A stretch of 64,000 bases of DNA from a virus (taxonomy: Duplodnaviria > Caudoviricetes): positions 8,170 to 72,169 of IMG/VR virus record IMGVR_UViG_2928595623_000002, one strand, 5' to 3'. Under the pieces are notes generated by a model. That model worked only from the letters and a program-made list of their open reading frames with translations, ran no database searches and was not told where the DNA came from. A program made the translations under genes and the position numbers. Shown here piece by piece: positions 36,135 through 46,110 of the stretch (positions are counted from its first letter, which is position 1; the number at the start of each line of letters is the position of its first letter).

Positions 36135-39100
36135 ATGGGAAGCGTGACAGACGCCTTCAACGAAATCTATCGCGACTTTGTGACCGACGGCGTCGGATCT
36201 TCTGGTGAGCATGAGCCACGAAAGGCCGATATCCGCACGATCGGATCAACGATCGAAAGCTATGTCGCGGCCAATGGCGGCGGCGGGTCCGGTTCCAGTC
36301 TTCAATATAAAGACGCCGTGCGCGTTTTCGTGACGACGAATGTCAACGTCTCGACCGGGCTCGAGAATGGCGATACGCTTGACGGGGTGACGCTGGCGAC
36401 CGGCGACCGTGTGGCGCTGGGCGGGCAGACCAATGCGGCGCAGAACAGCGTTTGGGTGGTGGTGGCATCGGGTGCGGCTTCGCGAGCATCCGACATGACT
36501 GCTTCCGGCCACGACCTCGCGACGGTCTATGTGCTCGAGGGAACGAATGCCGGCAAGCGCGTGACCTATGTTCCGCGCACGGATGGAACGATCGTTATCG
36601 GAACCACCGAATTCGACGCTGTCGTGACGGCGAAGGAAGACTCGACCGTCACCATTCAGCAGGTGATCGGCGCCAATTCGACGCCGGCCACCGGCACCGA
36701 TACGAGCAACGATGTCGTGCGCGTGTGGGGCGCGGCGGTGACCTATGACGGGTTCATCAACCGCTTCCGTATTTTCGCCAATGCGGATGGTGAGGTGCGG
36801 CTGCGCCGGTTTACCAAATCGGGCGATACTTTCACGCAGGTTGGCGGTGATATCTCGCTTTCCGTCGTGGCCGGTCTCAACACATTCACCCGCTCTTCCG
36901 GCGCGTTGCCGCTGATCGAGGTCAATGCCGGTGAGTACCTTGGCGTTTACAACCGCAATGGTTCGGCGCTTGCCTACAAGACGGAAACCGGAATCGGCTG
37001 GTATAGCGGCGACGGAAACGTTACGACATTCACCGACTCCACGCTTTCGACGGCGCAGACTCTGCAATGCGATTTCCGGATCGAGCAGAAGCCGGACAAC
37101 ATTTTTGATGAAAAGCTGGACGATCTCGACAGTCTGATTGGCCGTGGCCAGCAGACGATTGGCCTCGGTCGCGGCCTGACGCCGGATACGGCTTCTGGGT
37201 GGGTGGCGAAAAATACGTTCATCTTCCGCAACCCTGTGATCAAATCTGGCCGCGTGCAGCAGATGCGCATTGGCTGCTCCAGCGCCGGCACATTCTATTT
37301 CAAGCGGTTCACCAAATCCGGCGACACCTTCACCCAGGTCGGAAGCGATATCCCGATCCAGATCGGCAACGGGGATATCATTCTCAATGACGCCGATCTG
37401 CCGTACATCGAGGTCAATGCCGGTGAATATCTCGGGTTCTACCGTGGCAATGCCGGCATCGTTTTCAATTCCGACGCGGCTTATGCCTCCGATCCGTGGT
37501 ATGCGGCTTCGCCGGCCGGGAACGTTTCGACGCTCACCGATGCCGACACGACGAGTTCGTTTATCCAGATGCGCATCCACGTCCAGATGGGCGGGATAAG
37601 CGGGGTCAACAAGCGTCTCGACCTGATCGAAGACTCGCTCTCCTCGGAAGTGCGGGTCGAGGAATATTACAATGAGACGGTGATTTCCGCTTCGCTTGTC
37701 GAAGACGGGCTTGTCGCCGCCGTCAATGTGACGACCAATCGCGACGGCACCGAGGCGACCTATTCCAACAGCGTGACATTCACTGCCGCAAGCGTCGGAA
37801 CGATCCGTTACGATCTGCTTTATCTCGACGGGCAGGCCGGGACTTTCGGCATCATTGCCGGCACCGAGCGCGCCAATGACCCAACCTACTTTGCCGCGGC
37901 AAACACCAACTCGAAATACATCCCGATCTTCCGCGTTCGAGTGACCGATACCGCGCTTGTTGCTTTGCCGCTGTGGCGGCTTGCCGATGGGGTTGATCGC
38001 TCGGTGCAAAATCAGGTGATGCTTGACCGGGCACGCAACCGTGGCCTGTTGCGGCGCTTTCGGGACAAGGTGGCGCGCGGCGAGGCGGTGCGCATTGTCG
38101 GCTTTGGCGATTCGATCACGGCAATTCAGAATGCAGACCCGTCCGCTTCGACGCCGAACGGGGTGAACCGCGATGTTGCGACCAAGACCGATGGGTATCT
38201 GACGCCGAAATATGGTTCCGATGTTCTGTCGGCGCAGACGCTTTACACGTCAAGCACGCTCGGTCGCGGCAATGATGGCGGCGGCTCGATCCATACTCGG
38301 ATCGGATTCAACTGGTCGCTGGTGGCCGACCTCGAGGCGCGTGGCTACGTGCTGGGATCGACGCTGTTTTACGACAATTTCGGGCGCGGTGGCAAAAGCT
38401 CTGCCGATGCCGTGTCCGGCGGCGTGGCGACGTCCTGGACGACGGATGCGGCTGCACTGGCCGGCGATCTCGTCGTTGTGGCGCTCGGCATGAACGAACG
38501 CGGCGACAGTGCCACCGAGGCGCGCATGGCCGTGGTGATCGACACGTTCCTTGCCGCAGGCTCCGATGTCGTGGTTATGGGGGTTCCTCGCCCGCGCTCC
38601 GGCACGCTTGCCGACTGGCAATACACAAACCGCGTGCTGGCCCGGGTGGCCGCCTACAAGGGCGTTGCCTTCATCAACCCCGCATCGATCGCTGATGACC
38701 GGTTCATTCAGGCGCTCGGCTTCACCAGCGCAGATATCTGCGAGTCCAACGGCTCGAACCATCCCGGCATTCGCGAACTGGCCCGCTATGGCGAGCAGTT
38801 GGTTGCGCATGTGCTGGGCGAAATCGACACATATGTGCCGCAGAAGCGAACGATGCGGACGGACCTCAACCTGTTTGTTGACCCGGCCGACCGGACGAAG
38901 CAGCTTGAGTTCATCATTTCAGGCTTTTCGACGGCGACGAAACGCCAATACACGTTCCCGAATGCAAGCGGGATCTTGGGAGACCTGACCTCAACGCAGA
39001 CGTTTTTTAACAAGACCCTCCCAGACAATTCGACCTATTTCCGCGATAACTCCGATCTCACGAAGTTTGGACAATTCGAGCTTTCCGGCATTTCAACATC

Positions 39101-39956
39101 CACAACCAGAATTCTCACATGGCCGAATGCCAACGGCACGATCATGACGCGGGAAAATGCTGAAACAATTTCGGCTCTTAAAACGCATTCGCTGAACACG
39201 GCGACGACGTCGTCTGACTATTTGTTGTTTAGACCGACAGATTATGCAGTCGGAAAGCCTGGACTTGCCGTAAATAAATCTTCGACGGCAACCGTCTGGA
39301 ATATATCACTGTGGGATGGCGCAAGTACGGCTGGGACGATTAATTTCGGCTCCAGCGCTTTTTCAGCGGCGGGGGCCTATAACACCACGACGGCCAGCGC
39401 AGCCAATGTCAACGTCGCGTCGGATGGCACCTTGGCTCGCTCAACTTCATCGGAAAAGTACAAGATCGATATCGAGCCGATGGCAGACGAATGGGCAGAC
39501 AAGGCGCTTGAACTGACGCCGATATGGTATCGATCGACCTGCGAAGGCGACAATAAGGATTGGTCCTGGTGGGGGCTTTCCGCCGAAGCGGTGGCTGAGG
39601 TCGACGCGCGGCTGGTGCACTGGAAAACGCATGATGTCGTGCCGGTGCTGGTTGAAAAAGAAGTTCCCCGCGAAGAGCGTTATGTGGAGCAGGAACCCTG
39701 CACCATTCGTCTGCCGTCCATAAACGAAGATGGCGAGGAGATCGAAGTCGAGGTGGAATCGACGCGCAACGTGCTGAAGACCCGCACCATCACCGAGACG
39801 GTGGAAGTGGTGGAAATGCAGACAATCGCGCTCGAACAGCCGGAACCTGAAGGCGTGGCTTATGAGCGGCTTGTCTGCCACCTGCTGTCGATCGTCAAGC
39901 GTCAAAACGAGCAGATCGCCAACCTAACCACGCGCCTCGACGCCATCGGCGCGTAA
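36135..39956 (+). CDS. Tail spike/fibre with SGNH esterase and C-terminal S74 chaperone
   Basis: GFGDSIT, ALGMNE, NHP; SS.KYK.DIEPM...GLSAE.V; duplicated FTKSGDTFTQVG module. Confidence 0.8.
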   Translation: MGSVTDAFNEIYRDFVTDGVGSSGEHEPRKADIRTIGSTIESYVAANGGGGSGSSLQYKDAVRVFVTTNVNVSTGLENGDTLDGVTLATGDRVALGGQTNAAQNSVWVVVASGAASRASDMTASGHDLATVYVLEGTNAGKRVTYVPRTDGTIVIGTTEFDAVVTAKEDSTVTIQQVIGANSTPATGTDTSNDVVRVWGAAVTYDGFINRFRIFANADGEVRLRRFTKSGDTFTQVGGDISLSVVAGLNTFTRSSGALPLIEVNAGEYLGVYNRNGSALAYKTETGIGWYSGDGNVTTFTDSTLSTAQTLQCDFRIEQKPDNIFDEKLDDLDSLIGRGQQTIGLGRGLTPDTASGWVAKNTFIFRNPVIKSGRVQQMRIGCSSAGTFYFKRFTKSGDTFTQVGSDIPIQIGNGDIILNDADLPYIEVNAGEYLGFYRGNAGIVFNSDAAYASDPWYAASPAGNVSTLTDADTTSSFIQMRIHVQMGGISGVNKRLDLIEDSLSSEVRVEEYYNETVISASLVEDGLVAAVNVTTNRDGTEATYSNSVTFTAASVGTIRYDLLYLDGQAGTFGIIAGTERANDPTYFAAANTNSKYIPIFRVRVTDTALVALPLWRLADGVDRSVQNQVMLDRARNRGLLRRFRDKVARGEAVRIVGFGDSITAIQNADPSASTPNGVNRDVATKTDGYLTPKYGSDVLSAQTLYTSSTLGRGNDGGGSIHTRIGFNWSLVADLEARGYVLGSTLFYDNFGRGGKSSADAVSGGVATSWTTDAAALAGDLVVVALGMNERGDSATEARMAVVIDTFLAAGSDVVVMGVPRPRSGTLADWQYTNRVLARVAAYKGVAFINPASIADDRFIQALGFTSADICESNGSNHPGIRELARYGEQLVAHVLGEIDTYVPQKRTMRTDLNLFVDPADRTKQLEFIISGFSTATKRQYTFPNASGILGDLTSTQTFFNKTLPDNSTYFRDNSDLTKFGQFELSGISTSTTRILTWPNANGTIMTRENAETISALKTHSLNTATTSSDYLLFRPTDYAVGKPGLAVNKSSTATVWNISLWDGASTAGTINFGSSAFSAAGAYNTTTASAANVNVASDGTLARSTSSEKYKIDIEPMADEWADKALELTPIWYRSTCEGDNKDWSWWGLSAEAVAEVDARLVHWKTHDVVPVLVEKEVPREERYVEQEPCTIRLPSINEDGEEIEVEVESTRNVLKTRTITETVEVVEMQTIALEQPEPEGVAYERLVCHLLSIVKRQNEQIANLTTRLDAIGA

Positions 39957-39979
39957 GCGGACAACCAAGGAACAAGCCA

Positions 39980-40804
39980 ATGAACTTTTCCGGCACCGGG
40001 GAAACGCTCTCCGGAGACGATTTCGCACGCGCTGCAGCTTCGATCGGCTGCGATGAAAACGCAATCCGTGCTGTTACCGCTGTAGAGGCGCGTGGAAACG
40101 GTTTCGACAGCCAGAAGCGCCCAATCATCCTCACAGAGCCACACGTCTTCCACCGCGTTCTGAAGGCGAAAGACAGGGCCAAGCTTGATGAAGCTGTTTC
40201 GCTCGGTCTGGCCTATCCGGTATGGGGCACAAAGCCTTATCCTGGCACTCAGGACGCGCGCTACGCTCTGCTCGAGCGCATGATGACGGTGGACGAAGAA
40301 GCCGCTCTCATGGCCTGCTCATGGGGAATAGGGCAGGTGCTTGGCGAGAACTACAAGCTATGCGGTTTCCCGTCTGCTCGTGCGCTTGTGGAGAAGTGCA
40401 TCGAAAGCGAAGGCGGTCAACTGGACGTGATGGTAGCCTTCATCAAAGGCCGTGGTCTCGCGCGTCACCTTGCAGCGCATGATTGGCCGGCGTTTGCCTA
40501 TGGCTACAACGGCTCCGGATACCGAAAGAACGACTACGACGGCAAGCTAGCCCGCGCCTATGCGAAATACAAGGCAGGCACGTCTATTGCTGCCGACCCG
40601 CTCAAGGACGGGCTCCTGTCGATCGGCGACAAAGGCGATGCGGTGAAGGCGCTCCAGATCGCGCTTGGCATCGGGGCGGATGGTGATTTCGGAAAACTGA
40701 CAGATCAGGCCGTCAAGGCTTTCCAGAAAGAACATGGACTGCTTGTCGACGGCAAGGTCGGCAAGATCACCGGGCGAATGCTCGGTCTCACCTATTGGAA
40801 CTGA
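39980..40804 (+). CDS. Endolysin (DUF3380 N-acetylmuramidase + PG-binding domain)
   Basis: AV..VEA.G.GF, E.HVF, SWG.GQV.G.N, YNG; FQ...GL.VDG.VG. Confidence 0.9.
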   Translation: MNFSGTGETLSGDDFARAAASIGCDENAIRAVTAVEARGNGFDSQKRPIILTEPHVFHRVLKAKDRAKLDEAVSLGLAYPVWGTKPYPGTQDARYALLERMMTVDEEAALMACSWGIGQVLGENYKLCGFPSARALVEKCIESEGGQLDVMVAFIKGRGLARHLAAHDWPAFAYGYNGSGYRKNDYDGKLARAYAKYKAGTSIAADPLKDGLLSIGDKGDAVKALQIALGIGADGDFGKLTDQAVKAFQKEHGLLVDGKVGKITGRMLGLTYWN

Positions 40805-40819
40805 GAAAGGATAGATCCA

Positions 40820-40996
40820 ATGTCTGAAATTGAACAGGTAGCACGAATTATCCTGTACACTGTTGGCGGCTCAATTATGGGCGCCGGCTTCATGGACAGT
40901 GCGCAGGGCCAGACGCTTCTCGGCGCATGTGTGGCGCTTGTTTCTGTCGGCTGGTGGTACATTCGCCAGCGTCAGGACAAGGCATCGAAAAAGTAA
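40820..40996 (+). CDS. Putative holin (58 aa, two TM)
   Basis: AAAGGA RBS; two hydrophobic segments, basic C-terminus. Confidence 0.55.
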   Translation: MSEIEQVARIILYTVGGSIMGAGFMDSAQGQTLLGACVALVSVGWWYIRQRQDKASKK

Positions 40997-41011
40997 CGGA
41001 AAGGCTACGAC

Positions 41012-41344
41012 ATGACGAACGAAGAAATCATTGCTGCCGGCGTCAACGCTCACATGCTTCTCGACGCCGCGCTTACGAAGGCATACAATCAGGCTCAACG
41101 CCTTATTGACCTGACCGAGAAGGGTGCCGCTGCCGGCTTGGCAAAGCCGCTCAAGAGCAAAAGACTTATCCATATGTCTCGTGAACTTGCGGGTGCCATC
41201 GCAACAGCCGGTCGCCTTAGTGCTAATCTTCACATCGAACAGACAGCAATCGCAAAGGCAAACGGCATCGACACAGGATCGCTTACAATCGTTGCCGGCG
41301 TTGAGCTTCCGTCTGTGTCTGTAATGGGTGGCGGGGACCGGTAA
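41012..41344 (+). CDS. Hypothetical lysis-region protein
   Basis: ORF in lysis cassette. Confidence 0.5.
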   Translation: MTNEEIIAAGVNAHMLLDAALTKAYNQAQRLIDLTEKGAAAGLAKPLKSKRLIHMSRELAGAIATAGRLSANLHIEQTAIAKANGIDTGSLTIVAGVELPSVSVMGGGDR

Positions 41345-41345
41345 A

Positions 41346-41831
41346 ATGAGCGTGTGGCAGTTCTATCTAGCTATCGGCGCGCTTGTAGCGCTTGCGCTTT
41401 CTTATCGCATCCCACGGGCGTTTCTGTGGGTTTGTGCTATGGCGCTATCGTTCATTGCGTCCGTCGCGTGGCAACGATCAGAACTGCCATATTACCCTGC
41501 TGCCGTGCTTGCATTCGATGCAATGGTCTGCCTCCTTATCGACGCCTTCGCAAAAGAGCGCTGGGAGGCAATGCTTTTCAACGTGTACCGAATTTCTGTC
41601 GGTATTTCCATCTTACGGTTGTTTAGCATTATCGACAATACAACTCTTTATGTGGTAACGCTAGAGTTGTGCAACTGGGCTGCTTTGGCTGTCGTCATCG
41701 GCACGTCTCTCTTGCGACGGGGGCCGGTGTATGGAAATTCTCTATGGGATCGCTGGAATAGCTATATTCGCCGGGCTTACACTTATCTACGCGCGCCTCG
41801 TTCGGCGGACCACTGGTTCAAGGTCCGCTAA
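41346..41831 (+). CDS. Multi-TM membrane protein
   Basis: 4-5 hydrophobic segments. Confidence 0.6.
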   Translation: MSVWQFYLAIGALVALALSYRIPRAFLWVCAMALSFIASVAWQRSELPYYPAAVLAFDAMVCLLIDAFAKERWEAMLFNVYRISVGISILRLFSIIDNTTLYVVTLELCNWAALAVVIGTSLLRRGPVYGNSLWDRWNSYIRRAYTYLRAPRSADHWFKVR

Positions 41832-41833
41832 AG

Positions 41834-42118
41834 ATGCTTCCAGAAACAGTCGTCGCTAAAATGTTCGGAGCTTTTTCAGGCTCCGTGATCGCTCTGATAT
41901 TCATCCCGCCGAAAACACTTATCGGCTTCTTTCGCCGCGGTGCCGTCTCTCTGATCGTCGGGCCGATCGCATCGCCTGTCGTTCTAAACTGGCTTGAATG
42001 GCCGGCGAACTTTGATAACTTCGTTGCTTCGGCGGCGATCGCTTCTTTTGCGTCGTGGTGGCTGCTTGGCGCTGTTTTAGCGGCACTCAAGAAGGCTATC
42101 GAGACGAAAGCTGAATAG
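41834..42118 (+). CDS. Holin-like membrane protein (DUF6107-like)
   Basis: AK..GA..GSVI.L; AASF.SWW.LGA. Confidence 0.55.
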   Translation: MLPETVVAKMFGAFSGSVIALIFIPPKTLIGFFRRGAVSLIVGPIASPVVLNWLEWPANFDNFVASAAIASFASWWLLGAVLAALKKAIETKAE

Positions 42119-42128
42119 AGCGAGGACG

Positions 42129-42158
42129 ACCGGTGGCGCGAATGCCGCCGGTTTTTTT
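42129..42158 (+). terminator. Late-operon rho-independent terminator
   Basis: ACCGGTGGC/GCCGCCGGT stem followed by T-tract. Confidence 0.8.
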
Positions 42159-42408
42159 ATGTCTCTATCGGCTGTTGCGGCGGCGAAATGGTGATGCTGA
42201 CCTTGCGGCCACCGCATGCGCTGCATTTGAGCTTAGACGTGAGCCCATCAGCCAGTGCCGGGTGATCGCGGCCAAGCCGTCCTGCCAATGCTGGCAGGTC
42301 CAACTCCTTCGACCGTCCGCAGCCCTGTGCCTGGCAATGGGCGTAGATGCCATAGCCGCGATCAATGAGGCTGCCCAGTGTATCCATGGTGATCGGGTAT
42401 TTCACCAT
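42157..42408 (-). CDS. Zn-ribbon small protein
   Basis: HC...GC...LKCSACG. Confidence 0.6.
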   Translation of the reverse strand: MVKYPITMDTLGSLIDRGYGIYAHCQAQGCGRSKELDLPALAGRLGRDHPALADGLTSKLKCSACGGRKVSITISPPQQPIET

Positions 42409-42565
42409 AGGCCAATTGCCTCACCGATGCGTAGCGCAATAGCAGTTATAGACACCAAGACCATCAATGCTGTCGTAACCCGTGTCATAGCATAGCCGAT
42501 CGTTTAGCAATTGACATCTCGCCTTCCTATGTGCTTCGTTCTCGCCACACAGGCGAGGGGATTCC

Positions 42566-42943
42566 ATGGTTGACAAAGTCGAGATCACAGATCCGTTTAA
42601 AGTAGATCCTACACTAAGAGACAAGCCCGCGAAACAGCTAGAGCATGAAATCACTCTTCGGCAGATGGCTCTTGAAGAGCGCAGGCGTGAAGAGAGAAAG
42701 AAAGAGCTTGAAGCACTCGTTAACAAGCTCAATGCCGCTCAATACACGTTTCTAGATGCTATGCGCGTACTTGATGACAACGGCCTTTTGCCAGATGCTG
42801 TAAAAGCCGCGTATACGACCGCAGGCGGCGTTTTCGCTCCACATTTGAAGCACCGTGCCGTTGACGCCGATCGCTTGCTCACGAGGCAGGAAAAGGCAGA
42901 TAAGCCTAAGCGCCCGAGAGTGCCTAGGAAGCCTAAAGGCTAG
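42566..42943 (+). CDS. Moron-like coiled-coil protein with basic tail
   Basis: Own TTGACA at 42511, AGGGG RBS; opposite strand to neighbours. Confidence 0.6.
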   Translation: MVDKVEITDPFKVDPTLRDKPAKQLEHEITLRQMALEERRREERKKELEALVNKLNAAQYTFLDAMRVLDDNGLLPDAVKAAYTTAGGVFAPHLKHRAVDADRLLTRQEKADKPKRPRVPRKPKG

Positions 42944-43331
42944 CTTCAATCACTTCTACGCCAGCAACCCTAGCGCGGCTTACCATGTCGGCAGTGCCGC
43001 GCCCACCTGGGAAAGCAACGACTAAATCAGGCTTGTACTCATCAAGCATTTTCTGATTGCGCATCGGTCCGGCTGCCTTGCCGTATTTGCTCCAGTCCGC
43101 TATCTCAGTGAGGCATGAGACCATTTTTCTCTCTGCCCATGCTCTAGCGAGCGTGTCGGCTCCAGATGCGCCGCCATTGATTATACGCGTGATCTTTCTG
43201 TCTACATGTATGCAATCAAGCGTCTCATTGGCTAGGCGCATTTCAGCGCGCACTCTCTTACGCTTATCGTCGGTTGCAGCAGGCGGGTAAACGCCGAAAT
43301 GCCTCCCGCCGCATACTAGCACTTTCGTCAT
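42933..43331 (-). CDS. DUF2493/SLOG (YspA-like) protein
   Basis: VLVCGGR, INGGASGAD, AAGP.RN..ML, AFPGGRGT. Confidence 0.85.
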   Translation of the reverse strand: MTKVLVCGGRHFGVYPPAATDDKRKRVRAEMRLANETLDCIHVDRKITRIINGGASGADTLARAWAERKMVSCLTEIADWSKYGKAAGPMRNQKMLDEYKPDLVVAFPGGRGTADMVSRARVAGVEVIEASL

Positions 43332-43375
43332 TCCTCAGCCTCCTTGGCTCGTGCAATTATTCGCTTAGCAGCACC

Positions 43376-43855
43376 TCAAGCGCCGCCTTGATCTTCACAG
43401 CCTTCAAAGCACTCATTCACGCGGCGTTCGAAATCTGTTTGGGCGATCGCCTCTAGTGCGGGAAGGTCGAACTGAGCATTTTCTTCCGCATAGAAAATAG
43501 CGTCTGACCCAATGTACACAGACCCATGCCGCCAAATGATGTATGTTCCAATCGGCGTGGTAGCCTTGGCGGCGTAAAAAGATTCAGGATCGTTGTCGTA
43601 TTTCCATTCCAGTTGCTTTATTCTCATTTCGTCATTCATCAGCAATCTTTTCTCCATAAGCTTGCTGATCATGACGTTGCGTTTCGCCGCCCTAAGCAGA
43701 AGCTCCTTGGCTTCCGCCAGATAGCCTCCATACGTCCCATCCATGTCGCCGTTGATTTTACCGTCATGGAACTGGCGAAGCCTGCCATCAATAGATGCCC
43801 ATGCTTCCGCAACTGCTTCTATGATTGATGCGTTCGGTTTATTGTCTGTCGTCAT
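43376..43855 (-). CDS. Hypothetical protein
   Basis: GGAGG RBS within boundary repeat. Confidence 0.5.
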   Translation of the reverse strand: MTTDNKPNASIIEAVAEAWASIDGRLRQFHDGKINGDMDGTYGGYLAEAKELLLRAAKRNVMISKLMEKRLLMNDEMRIKQLEWKYDNDPESFYAAKATTPIGTYIIWRHGSVYIGSDAIFYAEENAQFDLPALEAIAQTDFERRVNECFEGCEDQGGA

Positions 43856-44097
43856 TCTAGGCCTCCTTGGCTTGTACAATTGTTTTGCTCATTTTCATAA
43901 ACCTCTACCATCAGCTCTAGCGCCATAAGCGCACGTTCTCTCATAGAGTGTTGACTTGCCGGATAGCTCCCACTGGTCGTCCACGTCACGCTGCAGCCCG
44001 TTGGCTTGTGGTGCGCGCAATAAACCATGTCCCATCCACCTACGCCCATCCCGACACGCAAGTCATGACCAGTAATTTCTATATCTTCTCTTTGCAT
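43852..44097 (-). CDS. Hypothetical protein
   Basis: H.PTG motif; coupled. Confidence 0.45.
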   Translation of the reverse strand: MQREDIEITGHDLRVGMGVGGWDMVYCAHHKPTGCSVTWTTSGSYPASQHSMRERALMALELMVEVYENEQNNCTSQGGLE

Positions 44098-44245
44098 GAT
44101 TTTTGCTCATTCCTAAGCCTACTTGGCTCTCCGAAAAAGTTAGGGGCTCAAACGCAATTCTATTTGGGATACAATGGCCATTTTTCGGCTTTTCCAGCAA
44201 AGGTGCGGGGCGCTAAGTTATTGGCCAGTAAAATGAATTTTACAG

Positions 44246-44260
44246 CCTCCGGGCCCACCA
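44246..44260 (+). other. att core duplicating a tRNA 3' end (CCTCCGGGCCCACCA), prophage right boundary
   Basis: Ends in CCA and resembles the recalled 3' end of alphaproteobacterial tRNA(CAT); no full cloverleaf here; followed by GGTTCCAACAT direct repeats (44325-44347) and an integrase. Confidence 0.7.
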
Positions 44261-44369
44261 TCACTTTGCTATTGCTTTGATTTCCTTAAAAAAATATATA
44301 ATTCAGGGAGTTGCAGCCAGCTTCGGTTCCAACATTGGTTCCAACATCTCCTATCTTCAGCGAAGATCG

Positions 44370-44501
44370 ATGTCGAAAGTCCCAGGACTGATCAGAAAGA
44401 AAAGTGCGTTCTTTTACGTTCGGCGGATCCCCGAAAACATCAGGCAGATATTCGGAAATAAGACCCAACTGACGCTTCCGCTGGGCACCTCGGATCCTCG
44501 T
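44370..44501 (+). pseudogene. 5' part of island tyrosine integrase (DUF6538-like N-terminus)
   Basis: MSKVPGL...FFYVRRIP...LPLGTSDPR joins in frame to 61856. Confidence 0.85.
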
Positions 44502-44569
44502 TGTAGCTTGCCGCGATTTTCCGGAATTTTGACACGAGGATCCGGACTTTTTGATTTTCCGGAGGGGTG

Positions 44570-45259
44570 TCAATATTCCGTTGGCATTGCGATCTTTTGT
44601 ATCGCACTGAAAATCTCATTATAGACCGAATTGCGATAGTAAAAAATGCCGCCGATTTTACTCGGCCTTCCGGAAGCTGTAAGCAATCCACGGGAAGAGA
44701 GCTCGTGAAGCCACTCGTAGCACTTAATCAATGACACATCCTTTCCGGCATCCGCGAAGCTTGCTAACAGATCGTGAGCATCGATACATATCCAATAGCC
44801 ATCGCACACATCCGACGCTTGATATATTTCGAATGCCCGCTCGCAGCGAGACAGCGCGACAAGATGTTCTCTCGGCAGCATTTCCAACTTTGAAGCCGCT
44901 CGACCGATCTTACCTACGTCAGCCGAAGCAATGTCTCCCTCCAGATCACCCGCAATCAGTTTGGCTAGGACGCTGAGATTGTGGTCGTATTCACCTATCC
45001 GAATTTGTTCGAAGAAACGGTAAGCGGCCGGAACATAATAGCTCCATTTTTCATTCGACAATGCAGTCAAGCCGGTTCGAGAAATCTCTCCTATCAGCAA
45101 TGCCTGACCCGCCTCCAATCGCTTTTGGATTGCAATGTCAGAAAGTGCTTTGATGACGCTAAGACCGGGAACAAACTCGGTCATGATCGCTGAGGTCACT
45201 TCGTAGATTTCGAATGCATGTTTGGTAGGCTGAGGAAGTTCAGTCAAACTATGCTCCAA
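44570..45259 (-). CDS. Cargo protein, possibly Abi-alpha-like with C-terminal wHTH
   Basis: Helical; FFEQ.R...LAKLIAG; WLHELSSRGLL. Confidence 0.5.
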   Translation of the reverse strand: MEHSLTELPQPTKHAFEIYEVTSAIMTEFVPGLSVIKALSDIAIQKRLEAGQALLIGEISRTGLTALSNEKWSYYVPAAYRFFEQIRIGEYDHNLSVLAKLIAGDLEGDIASADVGKIGRAASKLEMLPREHLVALSRCERAFEIYQASDVCDGYWICIDAHDLLASFADAGKDVSLIKCYEWLHELSSRGLLTASGRPSKIGGIFYYRNSVYNEIFSAIQKIAMPTEY

Positions 45260-45414
45260 ATGTAGGCTGTAGCCGAACGTGAAAATTTGCAGCTTTGACG
45301 CGCGAATCTGCAGTATTCGATTTCTGCAGCAGCCCTATCAAAGCCACTGTAAAGCCACATCGAAGAGCCATTGAAGGTTGATTTTGGAATAAACGTCACA
45401 TGCTACGGCGGCGA

Positions 45415-45756
45415 TCAAACCATCAAATCGAAATCGACGAGGCGCACTTTTTCAACGCCATCCATTTCCACTGCGTTGCCGGAGCCTTCAGCCTGGGCAG
45501 TCACATGCTTGCCATCGCGATGTACCGTCCAGCCTAAATCGCGATCAAGAAACGCGACATCGTAGCCAGCCCCACCGTTCAGATAGACCGTATCTTTGGA
45601 CGAAACAAGGAAGACATCTCTGCCAGCACTACCATAGAGCAGGTCAACGCCGGAAAACGTAAAGAACACATCATTTCCATCGCCGCCGAACGAGAAATCA
45701 TCTTTTCGGGTCGTGAAGACGAATTCGTCTGCTTTTGAGATCAGTTTGCCCAGCAT
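45415..45756 (-). CDS. Small RTX/GGxGxD-repeat protein
   Basis: GGDGND, GSAGRD, GGAGYD nonapeptides. Confidence 0.55.
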   Translation of the reverse strand: MLGKLISKADEFVFTTRKDDFSFGGDGNDVFFTFSGVDLLYGSAGRDVFLVSSKDTVYLNGGAGYDVAFLDRDLGWTVHRDGKHVTAQAEGSGNAVEMDGVEKVRLVDFDLMV

Positions 45757-45861
45757 TGCCCCTCCCGCCACACCAAATGTGTGGATCTCGTTGGTCCGAC
45801 ATTTATGGGTTGTACCAGAGGAAAAGTAAATGAAGGTTAACCATGCCGGACCTAAAGTCGC

Positions 45862-46110
45862 TCAATCGATCTTTGGTTCAAAACCGGGCGCCGAAGTCTG
45901 AAAGGCTGGGCTCGGGCCATAGTGCTGCCGGTCAGCCTTGTAGGTCAGTTCGAACTGGTTTTCCAACGCTGCCAAAATGGCTTTGGCAATTTCATCCTTG
46001 GCGGCCTGTTGGTCTGCCATGATCTTGCTCGCATAAGCCCGCTTTGTCGCCGGGGGTATCAACTGCAAGGCGGTCGAGATGTATAGGGTGGGATCGTCTG
46101 CCTTGCGCAT
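45862..46110 (-). CDS. Hypothetical protein
   Basis: ORF with RBS-like GAGG. Confidence 0.45.
   Translation of the reverse strand: MRKADDPTLYISTALQLIPPATKRAYASKIMADQQAAKDEIAKAILAALENQFELTYKADRQHYGPSPAFQTSAPGFEPKID

Larger units (their letters stand above)
1..44260. mobile_element. Temperate siphovirus-type prophage (left end/integrase outside window)
   Basis: Colinear lambdoid layout: cI/cro, replication, NusG, terminase, portal, capsid, tail, tape measure, lysis; ends at tRNA-like att core. Confidence 0.95.
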
